Assembly (NCBI GenBank): GCA_050260015.1
Contig: JBLNBN010000022.1
Coordinates: 23,290-87,289, forward strand
Direction: 5' to 3'
Source of the DNA: Chloroflexota bacterium
Lineage (GTDB): Bacteria > Bacteroidota > Ignavibacteria > Kapaibacteriales > UBA2268
DNA: 64,000 nucleotides
Part shown: positions 53,669 to 63,142 of the stretch, in pieces
How the letters are laid out: every line of letters starts with the position of its first letter
Numbering within the stretch: the stretch's first letter is position 1
The notes under the pieces: generated by a model
Seen by the model: only the letters and a program-made list of their open reading frames with translations
The model's database searches: none
What the model was told of the DNA's origin: nothing
Translations under genes and position numbers: made by a program

Positions 53669-54052
53669 TTAATTCATGGAAAGAAAAATCGTATTGCGGG
53701 AGCCCTTGATTGATTCAATAATGCTTAAGAACTCTACCCACTTCGTCTTGAAGACTTCCCAACTTTCGTGGAACGCCTCCGGATCGTCTTCGTATATATC
53801 CCAATTCTGCTGAACAATGCTAAAATAAAACATCAATTCCTTTTTGTTCGTCTCCTGTCTTTGCCCCGTGATTAATATATCGGGAAGAAGATTCAGCACT
53901 TTCCGCATGAATTTGAATATTTCGCTAATTGTATTGTATATTGTATCGCTTAGCGTTGTATTCTTCTTCAATATAATTGTCAAATCCGAAGTGGACTTAA
54001 CTATCGTGTTTATCAGGTTCATCTGATTGTCGAACGTTATATTCGTATTCAT
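53669..54052 (-). CDS. Orphan hypothetical protein (127 aa, predicted all-helical) in an AT-rich island
   Basis: ORF MNTNITFDNQMNLINTIVKST...WEVFKTKWVEFLSIIESIKG. Its codon usage is visibly A/T-biased, unlike all neighbours, and no family is recognised. Confidence 0.5.
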   Translation of the reverse strand: MNTNITFDNQMNLINTIVKSTSDLTIILKKNTTLSDTIYNTISEIFKFMRKVLNLLPDILITGQRQETNKKELMFYFSIVQQNWDIYEDDPEAFHESWEVFKTKWVEFLSIIESIKGSRNTIFLSMN

Positions 54053-54236
54053 TTCGGTTATCTCCTTTTTAGGATATTAAACGAAGTTAATTTTCAAAAA
54101 TTGTATTTTATGTATTGAAAATTAATCTTAACTTAAACGAAATTTATCGTTTTTAATATAACTTGATTTTTGATTTGATTAAAAACTTTTTACGTAGTAA
54201 ATTGGACTTTTCTTTATCGCCTTTTCTCTATTTTAG

Positions 54237-55211
54237 ATGGACACTACAGACATATTTAAGCCCGTCGAGGGCAAACTCAAAGAATTTAACGGCTTCTTTA
54301 AGGCGCAGATGAGCACGAAAGTGGCGCTGCTGGATCTGATACTTCGGTACATGACCCGTCGCAGCGGCAAGCAGGTTCGTCCGGGCATCGTATTCCTTGC
54401 CGCCGAGCTTTGCGGCGAGCTGAACGAGCGCGCCTTCGTGGGCGCGGCCATGGTCGAATTGCTGCATACGGCGACCTTGATCCACGACGACGTCGTCGAC
54501 TCGGCTAAGGAGCGGCGCGGCATCGCGTCGATCAACGCCGAATGGAACAACAAGATCGCGGTGCTCGTCGGCGATTACCTGCTTTCGCGCGGGCTGATGT
54601 CCGCCGTCGAGCGCGACGAATTCGACTTCCTAAAGGTATGCTCGCGCGCCGTTAAGAGAATAAGCGAAGGCGAATTGCTCTCCATGCAAGCGAGCCGCAA
54701 GCCCGACACCGACGAAGAGCTTTACTTTAGAATAATAGCCGACAAGACCGCCTCGCTGATTTCCGCGTGCTCGGAAATTGGAGCTATCGCCACCGACGCC
54801 AGCCCGGAACGGCGCGCCGCAATGCGGGACTATGGCGAATACGTCGGGATAGCCTTCCAGATAAAGGACGACGTCCTCGATTACACATCAAAGACAAAGC
54901 TGCTTGGCAAGCCGGTCGGCAACGATATTAAGGAAAAGAAAATTACGCTTCCGCTGCTGTACTTTTTAAAGAACTCGGCGGACGGCGAGGCCGCGGATAT
55001 AATTAAATCCATAAAGAAGGGAAAGCTATCGGGCGCGGAAATCGCCAACCTGATCAATAGAGTTATTAAATCCGGGGGGATTGATTACGCGGAGAAAAAG
55101 GCGCGCGAATACGGCGAAGCGGCTAAGAATTTATTAAAAGACTTTCCCGCGAGCGAAGCTAAGGATTCGCTTATTCGGCTGGCGGATTTCGTAACGCTGC
55201 GCGATAAGTAA
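54237..55211 (+). CDS. Long-chain trans-polyprenyl diphosphate synthase (IspB-like)
   Basis: LIHDDVVDSAKERRG (first DDxxD) and FQIKDDVLDY (second). Product chain length cannot be determined from the sequence. Confidence 0.85.
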   Translation: MDTTDIFKPVEGKLKEFNGFFKAQMSTKVALLDLILRYMTRRSGKQVRPGIVFLAAELCGELNERAFVGAAMVELLHTATLIHDDVVDSAKERRGIASINAEWNNKIAVLVGDYLLSRGLMSAVERDEFDFLKVCSRAVKRISEGELLSMQASRKPDTDEELYFRIIADKTASLISACSEIGAIATDASPERRAAMRDYGEYVGIAFQIKDDVLDYTSKTKLLGKPVGNDIKEKKITLPLLYFLKNSADGEAADIIKSIKKGKLSGAEIANLINRVIKSGGIDYAEKKAREYGEAAKNLLKDFPASEAKDSLIRLADFVTLRDK

Positions 55212-55283
55212 CTTTCAATAAATTAGCTTATTCGTTGTCTCTTGTTATAAATTGCTTTACTTGTTTATTACGGTATAAATAAA

Positions 55284-56000
55284 ATGAAATCGAGTTTTGA
55301 TCAATCCGTGGAGAAAGCCTACGGACGCGCCATGAATACGGACGCGGTTAGAGATTTTATGACAAAGGTATACGGCTGGATGGTAGGCGGCTTGCTTTTA
55401 ACTGGCGGCACGGCTTACTTTACTGCAGCCTCGGGACTTTGGCAGTACTTCGTCGGCGGCCCCTTGATGTGGCTCGTTATTATAGCTCAATTCGGGCTCG
55501 TATTGGCCCTTTCGGCAGGCGTCATGAAGATGAGCTCCGCGGTCGCCACCGCGGCGTTCCTGGGATATTCCGCGCTTACCGGCCTGACTTTTTCCGCGCT
55601 GCTGATCGTCTTTGCCGAAGAAACTATATACCAGACTTTCTTTATAACGGCCGGCATGTTCGCCGCGCTCAGCTTCTGGGGCTACGTTACTAAGAAGAAC
55701 CTCACTGGGCTTGGCAGCTTTATGATTATGGGACTGGTGGGCATTATTATTACTATGGTCGTTAACGTGTTTTTTAGAAGCTCGGCGTTGCAGTTCTTGA
55801 TAAACTTTATCGGGGTCGTAGTTTTCGCAGGCCTAACGGCTTACGACACGCAGAGGATAAAGGAGCTCTACGAAGTGCAGTACGAAGGAACTGAAATGAC
55901 GAGAAAGGTCGCAATAATCGGCGCGCTCTCGTTGTACCTTGATTTTATTAACTTATTCCTCTTCCTGCTGCGCTTTGCCGGCGGATCCAACCGCGATTAA
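55284..56000 (+). CDS. Bax inhibitor-1 / YccA family membrane protein
   Basis: Seven TM segments, FMTKVYGWM, AYDTQRIKE and LYLDFINLFLFLLR. Confidence 0.85.
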   Translation: MKSSFDQSVEKAYGRAMNTDAVRDFMTKVYGWMVGGLLLTGGTAYFTAASGLWQYFVGGPLMWLVIIAQFGLVLALSAGVMKMSSAVATAAFLGYSALTGLTFSALLIVFAEETIYQTFFITAGMFAALSFWGYVTKKNLTGLGSFMIMGLVGIIITMVVNVFFRSSALQFLINFIGVVVFAGLTAYDTQRIKELYEVQYEGTEMTRKVAIIGALSLYLDFINLFLFLLRFAGGSNRD

Positions 56001-56041
56001 ACGCGGCCAAATTGACGAAGGATGATTATTAGGATGATAGA

Positions 56042-57139
56042 ATGCAACCGATAAGCCCGCTCTTTGCAGTCGAAGCGGAAAAATTAATAGCGGATGGCCA
56101 AATCTCCGATGCGATAGAACTCTGCCGCCGCGGACTTGAATTATTCCCGGGGTACGCGGCGGGAGTCGTAGCGCTAGCTAAGGCCCTGGCCGCCGCCGGC
56201 GACTCCAAATCGGCAAACGAAGAGCTTCAAAACGCATTCCAGGAGTCCTCCGGCTTTAAGGCTTTCCAAACGGATTTAGAAGTCGTCCATGATATTTTCT
56301 CGGCCGTAGATCCTTCGGAAAGCTTTAGAGTGATCGACGTCGTAGGCGACGAGGATGCGGAACAGGTAGCCCGCGAAGACGAAATGCCCGAAGAAATTGC
56401 GTTCGCGGACGAAATACCCGAAGAAACTGGAAGCGCCCCCGTGGAAGTTAAGGAGACGGTTTTCGAGCAAGACAGCGCCGTCGTAATAGACAACGAAGAC
56501 GAGATACCGCAATCCGCCCAAACGGCGCAGTTCGACGAAACTTTATTTTTAGAAGAGTTAGATCCCGCTTTCGTGACCGAAGAAGCTAACCCTGGAGATA
56601 TTCAAATTGAAATCGACGTTGAGCATGGATTTGAGAGCGCGGGTCCGCATATCGACGAACAAGACAGCGAGGAGGAATTCCCTATGGATTTAGAGCCCCC
56701 GCCAATTGAAGTTGAAGACGAAACGGAAGACGTCCCCAAATACTTCGCTAACGATTTCGATTTAATCTCCGGGCTTGAATTTTTCAGGTTCGAGGGAAAA
56801 TTCCGTCGCAACGACTACATGCGCGGGCTGCCCCTGGAAGCTTTCGACTTTCGCGCCCCGGGCGATCTCGACGCGTTGGCGTCGTCGCTTCGGAATGCAA
56901 GCGTTCCCCCGGCGCGGCGCACCCCCGTGGATAGCTTCGGGGAAGAACCTGTAAAAGCGCCCCCGTTTATGACGGAAACCATAGCCAACCTCTACGTGCT
57001 GCAGGGAGAGCTCGAGCAGGCGCGCGAAGCCTTTTTGCGACTTGCCGGGAGCGCCACGTCCCCTGAAAAGTCCGCTGAATACCTCGGGAAAGCGGAGGAG
57101 CTTCGCTTTCAGATAGAGATGCGCAAAGCCAACGAATAA
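56042..57139 (+). CDS. Hypothetical protein with TPR-like ends and a long acidic central region
   Basis: N-terminus AIELCRRGLELFPGYAAG, centre rich in D/E (EDEMPEEIAFADEIPEE), C-terminus ANLYVLQGELEQAREAF. Confidence 0.6.
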   Translation: MQPISPLFAVEAEKLIADGQISDAIELCRRGLELFPGYAAGVVALAKALAAAGDSKSANEELQNAFQESSGFKAFQTDLEVVHDIFSAVDPSESFRVIDVVGDEDAEQVAREDEMPEEIAFADEIPEETGSAPVEVKETVFEQDSAVVIDNEDEIPQSAQTAQFDETLFLEELDPAFVTEEANPGDIQIEIDVEHGFESAGPHIDEQDSEEEFPMDLEPPPIEVEDETEDVPKYFANDFDLISGLEFFRFEGKFRRNDYMRGLPLEAFDFRAPGDLDALASSLRNASVPPARRTPVDSFGEEPVKAPPFMTETIANLYVLQGELEQAREAFLRLAGSATSPEKSAEYLGKAEELRFQIEMRKANE

Positions 57140-57223
57140 GCCTGGAAAATAGCGATTTAGACTAACAACAATTAACGTTCGTTAATTGTTTTATATTGTT
57201 TATTTTAATACTCGAGGTTTGGT

Positions 57224-57859
57224 ATGGCTGAGGGAATCACTAAAACTGTTACCGTACGAGGAAAGGCGGATGAGATTTATAAGATTTGGGAGAACTTTGA
57301 GAATTTCCCCAACTTCATGAATAATATTAAATCGGTCACGAAAACGGGCGACCGGACAAGCCATTGGGTAATGGGCGGGCCTATGGGCTCCGATCTTGAA
57401 TGGGACGCGATAACGACCGACGTTAACGAAGGCAAGTGGATTTCCTGGAAAAGCTCGCAGGGCGACATTGGAACTCACGGGCACGTCTCCTTTAGCGAAC
57501 AGGAGGACGGCAATACTATCGTTTCCGTTCGAATGCACTACGATCCGCCGGCCGGCATACTAGGCGACGCTATAGCCAAGCTCTTCGCCAATCCCGAGGG
57601 GACGCTTGAAGAGGATCTGCAAAACTTTAAAAGATACGCGGAAGCGCAATTACAAAAATCCTCGGGCGGGAACGTCTCGACCTCGGCTGGAACTGGCATA
57701 GGCGCGACTACGACGCACACGGACGTCGATACGAGCACGACCGGCATGGGAGTTTCCGACGCGGGGCTAAGAACTGGCACGAGCGGCTTAGGCTCGATAA
57801 CCACCGGCAGGGGCTCGATGGGGACCGGCATCGCTTCGCAGGACGACCGGGACATATAA
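57224..57859 (+). CDS. SRPBCC (cyclase/dehydrase-like) protein with a Gly/Thr/Ser-rich tail
   Basis: VTVRGKADEIYKIWENFENFPNFMNNIKSV...WDAITTDVNEGKWISWKS, then a low-complexity C-terminus. Confidence 0.7.
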   Translation: MAEGITKTVTVRGKADEIYKIWENFENFPNFMNNIKSVTKTGDRTSHWVMGGPMGSDLEWDAITTDVNEGKWISWKSSQGDIGTHGHVSFSEQEDGNTIVSVRMHYDPPAGILGDAIAKLFANPEGTLEEDLQNFKRYAEAQLQKSSGGNVSTSAGTGIGATTTHTDVDTSTTGMGVSDAGLRTGTSGLGSITTGRGSMGTGIASQDDRDI

Positions 57860-57886
57860 TCAATTATCAATGATCAATGATCAATT
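57859..57886. repeat. Four tandem copies of the heptamer ATCAAT(T/G)
   Basis: atcaatt atcaatg atcaatg atcaatt, beginning at the stop codon of the SRPBCC gene. Confidence 0.8.
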
Positions 57887-57909
57887 CCGTTCAGAATTAT
57901 TCAACGCAA

Positions 57910-57939
57910 AAGACCTTCCTGGCATCCCGGGAAGGTCTT
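57910..57939. terminator. Hairpin terminator between convergent genes
   Basis: Perfect 10-bp stem aagaccttcc / ggaaggtctt, followed by atatatttt. Confidence 0.65.
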
Positions 57940-57970
57940 ATATATTTTAAGCAAAGTTATTTATTAATAA

Positions 57971-58411
57971 TTACTTTGCGGAGGTTTTAATCGTTTTGTC
58001 CTTGCATTCGGTTTTCATCTTAGCTTCGCCCGCTTTAGCTTTACCGCCGCAGCAACCGGCGCCAGCTTTCTTGCCTTCGAGTTCGCACTCTTTATTGGCC
58101 TTTACCTTGATGGGCTGATTTTTAACTACGTCCGCCTGGTAACCGAGATCCGATATATTTTTAGTGATAGCTTTTACGTTCGTTAAGTCCGCGTCGTATT
58201 TTACTAAAACGACTTTGGATTTCAAGTCTGATTGCGTTTCGAGCACGCCGTTTAGCTTTTTAAGGCTGCCGTCGATCTTCGTCTTGCAGGATTCGCAAGT
58301 CATGTTGGTTTGGACTTTCGTTTCTTTAATCGTCTTAGCTTCCGCTGCGCCGTAGGCAAGGGCGAGAGTCAAAAGTAACGCGAAAAGCTTCACTGAAACT
58401 GATTTCAACAT
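57971..58411 (-). CDS. Exported heavy-metal-associated (HMA) domain protein with a Cys/Lys-rich tail
   Basis: Signal peptide, NMTCESCKTKIDGSLKKLNGV (MxCxxC) and tail ECELEGKKAGAGCCGGKAKAGEAKMKTECKDK. Confidence 0.75.
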   Translation of the reverse strand: MLKSVSVKLFALLLTLALAYGAAEAKTIKETKVQTNMTCESCKTKIDGSLKKLNGVLETQSDLKSKVVLVKYDADLTNVKAITKNISDLGYQADVVKNQPIKVKANKECELEGKKAGAGCCGGKAKAGEAKMKTECKDKTIKTSAK

Positions 58412-58464
58412 AATTAACCTTTTTATAAAATGGATAAACTATATACAAATATAGGTAAAAATTA

Positions 58465-59148
58465 TCAATTAATATGTTTAGTTTTAACTAAGAGCTCGTT
58501 GATGAAACTCTGCTCGCTAATAAGTTCTTTTTGAATATTTTTAAGCGTTTCGGGGTTTATTCTCTCTTGCGTTACAACTTCGGCTCCAGCTTCGCGGACG
58601 GCGTCTAAAGTTTCCTGAACGTTGGCGTGCAGGTTCCTCAAAGCGACGAGCGCTTCGCAATGCGGGCGCAGCATTTCGCCGACGAGTTCCTTTTCAAAGG
58701 CGCCGCTCATAGTTTTAAATAATTCGACCACAGGCGTAAATCGCTTAACGTTCCAATCCTCGGTCACGGAAAGCAATGCGACCTTGCCGTGCTTAGAACC
58801 GTTGCCGTTAGTTTTGAACGGGACGTTCATGAGCGGCTCGAGCCTGTCGAGCAAGTTTCGGAGCTGGCGCATCGCATGCTCGTTGTTCAGGGAGAATGCG
58901 AATATCCAGGCCTCGCTCGAACGCATATGCGGGTAAACCGATATCATATCGTCGTGCTGGCGGCATTCGCCGTCGCTCGAAAAAAATAAGTCGTCCGTGC
59001 AGCCAAGGCAGGGATTGATCTTCAATTCGTGGACGTTCAGTCGAACGCATTCGGCCCCGGCCCCTTCCGCGCCGCTTACGAACGCGTCTATCATCAGGTT
59101 AAGAGATGCATGGCCAGGATTGTCGAAATTTATTATGAGAATTTTCAT
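58465..59148 (-). CDS. Flavodoxin-fold NAD(P)H-dependent FMN reductase / iron-sulfur flavoprotein-like
   Basis: MKILIINFDNPGH.., INPCLGCTDDLFF and WIFAFSL. Confidence 0.6.
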   Translation of the reverse strand: MKILIINFDNPGHASLNLMIDAFVSGAEGAGAECVRLNVHELKINPCLGCTDDLFFSSDGECRQHDDMISVYPHMRSSEAWIFAFSLNNEHAMRQLRNLLDRLEPLMNVPFKTNGNGSKHGKVALLSVTEDWNVKRFTPVVELFKTMSGAFEKELVGEMLRPHCEALVALRNLHANVQETLDAVREAGAEVVTQERINPETLKNIQKELISEQSFINELLVKTKHIN

Positions 59149-59232
59149 CGGCCTTTCATATTAATATAAATTGCTTTTTTGTTTCGTATAACGGTTAAAT
59201 TAAAAAATAATTGGAACTGGTACGAATATCCT

Positions 59233-60108
59233 TTACGGTTGATTTTTTAAAATAAAAAATGTGTCCCTCAGCGCGTACGCAGACGTAAAAGCGCCTATAG
59301 CGGAGCCTTTCATATTGCCTAAAAGCGGATCGTACGCGGCTTTAGTAGCATACTGCTGGAACCACCTAAGGTAGCTGTAGCTCGGGGAATAAACCGTTAC
59401 TGAATGCAGCCCGTAACGCCTGAAAAAGGTCCAAACCACCGGTACTTTCGTCGAGAGAACGAACGTCATTGCCGATCTCTCGCGGAATTGATAATCCTCG
59501 GACCATGGACGATAAATGCGGCGGTTCATTTCGTTTGTCGGGGGATCGAGATATTTCCCATACCCGAGAGTGTCGAGGCATGCAATCGAGATTATGTACC
59601 ACGGCATGTCCGGATTGCGAGTCCATTCTATATAGAGCGAATCGGGCGTCTTTAGATTGACGGAATCAAGCGGATAACGCGCCATCCGCGGAGGCCTCCG
59701 CACCCAATCAATACGTCCCGGCGTAGTGTCGCTCGCGAAGGCGCGCGAACCGTCGGCGAACGTAATGTCTATATCGTAGCGCGTATGGGGCTTTACTTTG
59801 TAGCTTGTGTCGGGGAAAAGCCAGCCTCGCTCGCCCTCGCGATCGATTACGAGCTCGAATTCCCTGCCGTCCCCGCGCACGATCACCTTGGCGTCCCGTA
59901 TTAGCGCGCGCTCGTAGGAGAATGAATCCAGCGGCGGCTGGGACCGCATTATTATAATATTTTGAATGGGTTCGTCGACGAGCAAAAACGCCTCGACGAA
60001 GTTCTGCGGCTCGTAGTCCTTCGGCACGGCGTCCTCGCAGCCCCAGGACGCAATCGCGCAGACAATCGCGCAAGCGGCGAAGGTCCGTATTGATCTTAAT
60101 CTCTTCAT
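59233..60108 (-). CDS. DUF4249-like lipoprotein (usual partner of CarboxypepD_reg TonB receptors)
   Basis: Lipobox IASWGCED, size, and position 1 nt downstream of the receptor gene. Confidence 0.55.
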   Translation of the reverse strand: MKRLRSIRTFAACAIVCAIASWGCEDAVPKDYEPQNFVEAFLLVDEPIQNIIIMRSQPPLDSFSYERALIRDAKVIVRGDGREFELVIDREGERGWLFPDTSYKVKPHTRYDIDITFADGSRAFASDTTPGRIDWVRRPPRMARYPLDSVNLKTPDSLYIEWTRNPDMPWYIISIACLDTLGYGKYLDPPTNEMNRRIYRPWSEDYQFRERSAMTFVLSTKVPVVWTFFRRYGLHSVTVYSPSYSYLRWFQQYATKAAYDPLLGNMKGSAIGAFTSAYALRDTFFILKNQP

Positions 60109-60109
60109 A

Positions 60110-62368
60110 TTAAAACTTCGCCTCGATTGATATTGTGGGTAGAATCGGCAGTAGCAGCACGTCGTTTACGACAGTTTGATCCTCGCGAACGTTATAGTAG
60201 CGGAACCAAATGTCGCGCCTGTTGTACACGTTGTAAACGTCCAGGATAATTCGCCAATCTATGCCTAAGTAATCGAATCCGTAGCCCGCGTTCACGTTTA
60301 GCTGGTGCGACGGCGGCAGCCTAAGCCCGTAACGCTGCGTTTGCACGATCTTCCCGCGCCCGTAATTTTGCCCCGGGAACCGGGATTGAAACCGCGAGCC
60401 GGCGCCCGTATAGGATTGGCCCGTCTGGAAAGTAAAGTTCGCGCCGACGTTGAATTTTTCGTTGAAATCGTATTGAGCGACTATTTTAAAGTCATGCCGG
60501 CGGTCGTACTTGGGGCGGAACGCCCGGCCGTAATTAATGCTGTCGAATTTTGATTCGATGAATCCAAGCGCGTAGCCCACCCATCCCGTTAGCTTGCCCG
60601 ATTTCTTTTGTACGAATATTTCAGCGCCCCATGAGCGCGCGTTACCGACGTAGAACACTTCCCGCACCTTCGTCGCGCCGAGCACGTTCATATTCAGCTC
60701 GCTTACGTTATGCATGGTCTTCGCGTAAATATCGAAGTTAAAGTCGTAATCGCGCAGGAAAGTAGTCTCGAGGCTGAGGATATAATGCTCCGCCCGGCTT
60801 GCGGGCATGGTCGAATCCGTCGGCAGCCAGGTGTCGAAGAACGAAAAGTCCGGTTGCGAGGCGAGGCGCAGGTTTTGATGGTAAATGCCGAACGCCGCTT
60901 TTATAGCTATGTTTTCAGTCAATTGATCTTTTACGGCTAGCCTCGGATCGAGCGTAAACTTCTGCGACAAAGTCCAGTATGACGCGCGCAGCCCAGCCTG
61001 CACGGAGAACAACTCGGTCAATCGCAGGTTCCCCTGCGCGAACGCGCTATGGTTAAAGTCCGAAACGGCGATCCTCGGCGGCTGAGCGTTCGTCCCTTTA
61101 TTTATTAAGGAGTCGCGGTTGCCGGTAAAGTTCTGAAGGAATTCAAAATCGTAGAGCGAGCTCTCGAAGCCGAACTTATACGTCTGCCTATCGCTGGCGA
61201 ACCATTCCATTTGGGACTTCAGCGTATAGTCCGCTATCGAGTTCTCCAGCTGAAATTCGTAGCCGCCCTGGTCGCCGGTGAAACTGTTGAAGTAGGAACT
61301 GTAGCTGAAGTTGCTAACCAAAAAGATCGAACCGTTGATGATATGCGTCCAGGACGCAGCGGCAAGCCGATTTCCAATTTCTATCGTAAACGAGCTACCG
61401 TAGCTAGCTTGGGTTAATTTATCGGAGCTTAAAAAGCCGCTCGTTGAAATTTTATCATTTTCGCCAAAGTTTTGAGTTATTTTCCCGTTGAGGTCGTAGA
61501 ATCTAAAGTCAGGCAGCGGGTTCTTAGGGTCTTTAGGCAGGAACTCCTTGACGATCTCGAAATACGTTCTGCGGCCGCCAAAGAACCAGGAGCCGTTGAA
61601 GAGAGGCCCTTCGAGCGACGCCCGCGAGGAAATTACTCCGAGCGAAGCCGAACCTCCAATCCTGGAGCGATCCCCCTCCTTCTGCTCGATAGCCAGGGCA
61701 GCCGAGAGCCGCCCGCCGTATTCCGCCTGGAATCCGCCGCGGTATAGTTCGACGTCCTTTACCGCGTCGGCGTTGAACGTGGAAATAAACCCGAAGAGGT
61801 GCGTAGGATTGTATACGGTAGAACCGTCCAGGAGGACTAAATTCTGATCGGGCGATCCCCCGCGTACGAAGAGGCCGCTCGATATCTGGGAGGAAGTCAA
61901 TATGCCCGGAAGGAATTGCAGAGAGCGGAAGACGTCGCTCTCGCCGCCGATCCTGATTTCGCGGATCGTCTCGACCGGCACGTTCACTTTGCTAATCGTG
62001 ATCTCTCGCTTCTCCACCTCCCGTTCGGCGTCGACGTAGACCTCTTCGGTCTCGACGGAACCGGATTTAAGCGCGAAGTCCTTTCTGAGGGAATGATCCG
62101 CCGGGATCGTAATTTCCGTCGTATAGCGTTCATATCCTAGGAAGGAGACAACGACCTTATACTTTCCTGCGGGGAGATTGGCGACGGCGTAGAAGCCGCT
62201 TTTATTAGTCCTCGCGCCGTACTTGGCGCCGACTATTACGACGTTGGCTCCAATCAGGGGCTCGCCGTCCGCCGAATCGCGAACGAAGCCGCTCAGCGAA
62301 ACGTTAGCCGCAGTGGAATCGATCGCCGTAAGCGTTAAGATTGCAAATATAATTAGAAAGAGACGCAT
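60110..62368 (-). CDS. TonB-dependent outer-membrane receptor with an N-terminal carboxypeptidase-regulatory-like domain
   Basis: LSGFVRDSADGEPLIGANVVIVG...TNKSGFYAVANLPAGKYKVVVSFLGYE, a plug region, and a C-terminal beta-barrel ending ..ISIEAKF. Confidence 0.85.
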   Translation of the reverse strand: MRLFLIIFAILTLTAIDSTAANVSLSGFVRDSADGEPLIGANVVIVGAKYGARTNKSGFYAVANLPAGKYKVVVSFLGYERYTTEITIPADHSLRKDFALKSGSVETEEVYVDAEREVEKREITISKVNVPVETIREIRIGGESDVFRSLQFLPGILTSSQISSGLFVRGGSPDQNLVLLDGSTVYNPTHLFGFISTFNADAVKDVELYRGGFQAEYGGRLSAALAIEQKEGDRSRIGGSASLGVISSRASLEGPLFNGSWFFGGRRTYFEIVKEFLPKDPKNPLPDFRFYDLNGKITQNFGENDKISTSGFLSSDKLTQASYGSSFTIEIGNRLAAASWTHIINGSIFLVSNFSYSSYFNSFTGDQGGYEFQLENSIADYTLKSQMEWFASDRQTYKFGFESSLYDFEFLQNFTGNRDSLINKGTNAQPPRIAVSDFNHSAFAQGNLRLTELFSVQAGLRASYWTLSQKFTLDPRLAVKDQLTENIAIKAAFGIYHQNLRLASQPDFSFFDTWLPTDSTMPASRAEHYILSLETTFLRDYDFNFDIYAKTMHNVSELNMNVLGATKVREVFYVGNARSWGAEIFVQKKSGKLTGWVGYALGFIESKFDSINYGRAFRPKYDRRHDFKIVAQYDFNEKFNVGANFTFQTGQSYTGAGSRFQSRFPGQNYGRGKIVQTQRYGLRLPPSHQLNVNAGYGFDYLGIDWRIILDVYNVYNRRDIWFRYYNVREDQTVVNDVLLLPILPTISIEAKF

Positions 62369-62430
62369 TGATCAGCCGCGTTACTCGCTTCGCATGGCGC
62401 GGAGGCGCAAGCGAATAGATTGAGATTACA

Positions 62431-63006
62431 TTACTTAATTGAGTCGCAATTAGCGACCTGGATATAAATCGAACGCGGATACTCCGTCTTTAGTTTATCG
62501 AAGAAAGATGCGGCCCGCGACGGGTTCCCCATATAGCAATGGAGCTGGCCGATCCGCACGAGCAGCTTTTCCCGGACGGCGCCGATAAGACTTCGCTCCG
62601 CGAAGAGCGATTCGAAAATACTCATCGCCGAAGCGGCCTTGCCTCGCGCTATGTCGCATTCCCCGAGCATAAAGATCGCTTCTTGCCGGAGCGAATCCTC
62701 GTCGGCAAGCGTCTCGGAGTATATCCTGAACTTTGGGCAAGCGGCGTCGTAATCGCCGGAGTCGAACGTCGCGACGGCGGCGGCGAACTCCCGTTCGGCT
62801 TCGTTGGGAGGCTTGCCCGCGCTTTCGGACTTAATGTCCGGCAGGCGCACGACGGCCGTATCGCCAAGAGCGCGTTCGGGCGCGCCGTAAACGTTTTTTT
62901 GAATTTTGGACGCGCGCGCTTTACCGGGCGCGACCCTGCCCGCCTGGCAGCCCGCAAGGCCCGCTAAAACCGATAAGCTAAAAAGGATCCGGAAAATATT
63001 GTTCAT
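62431..63006 (-). CDS. TPR-like lipoprotein
   Basis: Lipobox LAGLAGCQ and helical repeat content (BamD/YbgF-like pattern). Confidence 0.6.
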   Translation of the reverse strand: MNNIFRILFSLSVLAGLAGCQAGRVAPGKARASKIQKNVYGAPERALGDTAVVRLPDIKSESAGKPPNEAEREFAAAVATFDSGDYDAACPKFRIYSETLADEDSLRQEAIFMLGECDIARGKAASAMSIFESLFAERSLIGAVREKLLVRIGQLHCYMGNPSRAASFFDKLKTEYPRSIYIQVANCDSIK

Positions 63007-63142
63007 CTGTGAATTCGTAGTTTTCTTTGAATAGAGCCATATCGAATTATAACACGAATTTTTTTTGTAAAAAGTATAATTATTTTTGAGACTTTTTGCT
63101 AATTTATGTGTCTTATAGTAAATGATTTGACGCGAGGTGGAA

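Noticed and set aside
57859-57886. A possible CRISPR or minisatellite (ATCAAT(T/G) x4)
   Set aside because: Only 28 nt of a heptamer repeat are present, with no spacers and no cas genes. It is a trivial microsatellite in a 3' UTR.
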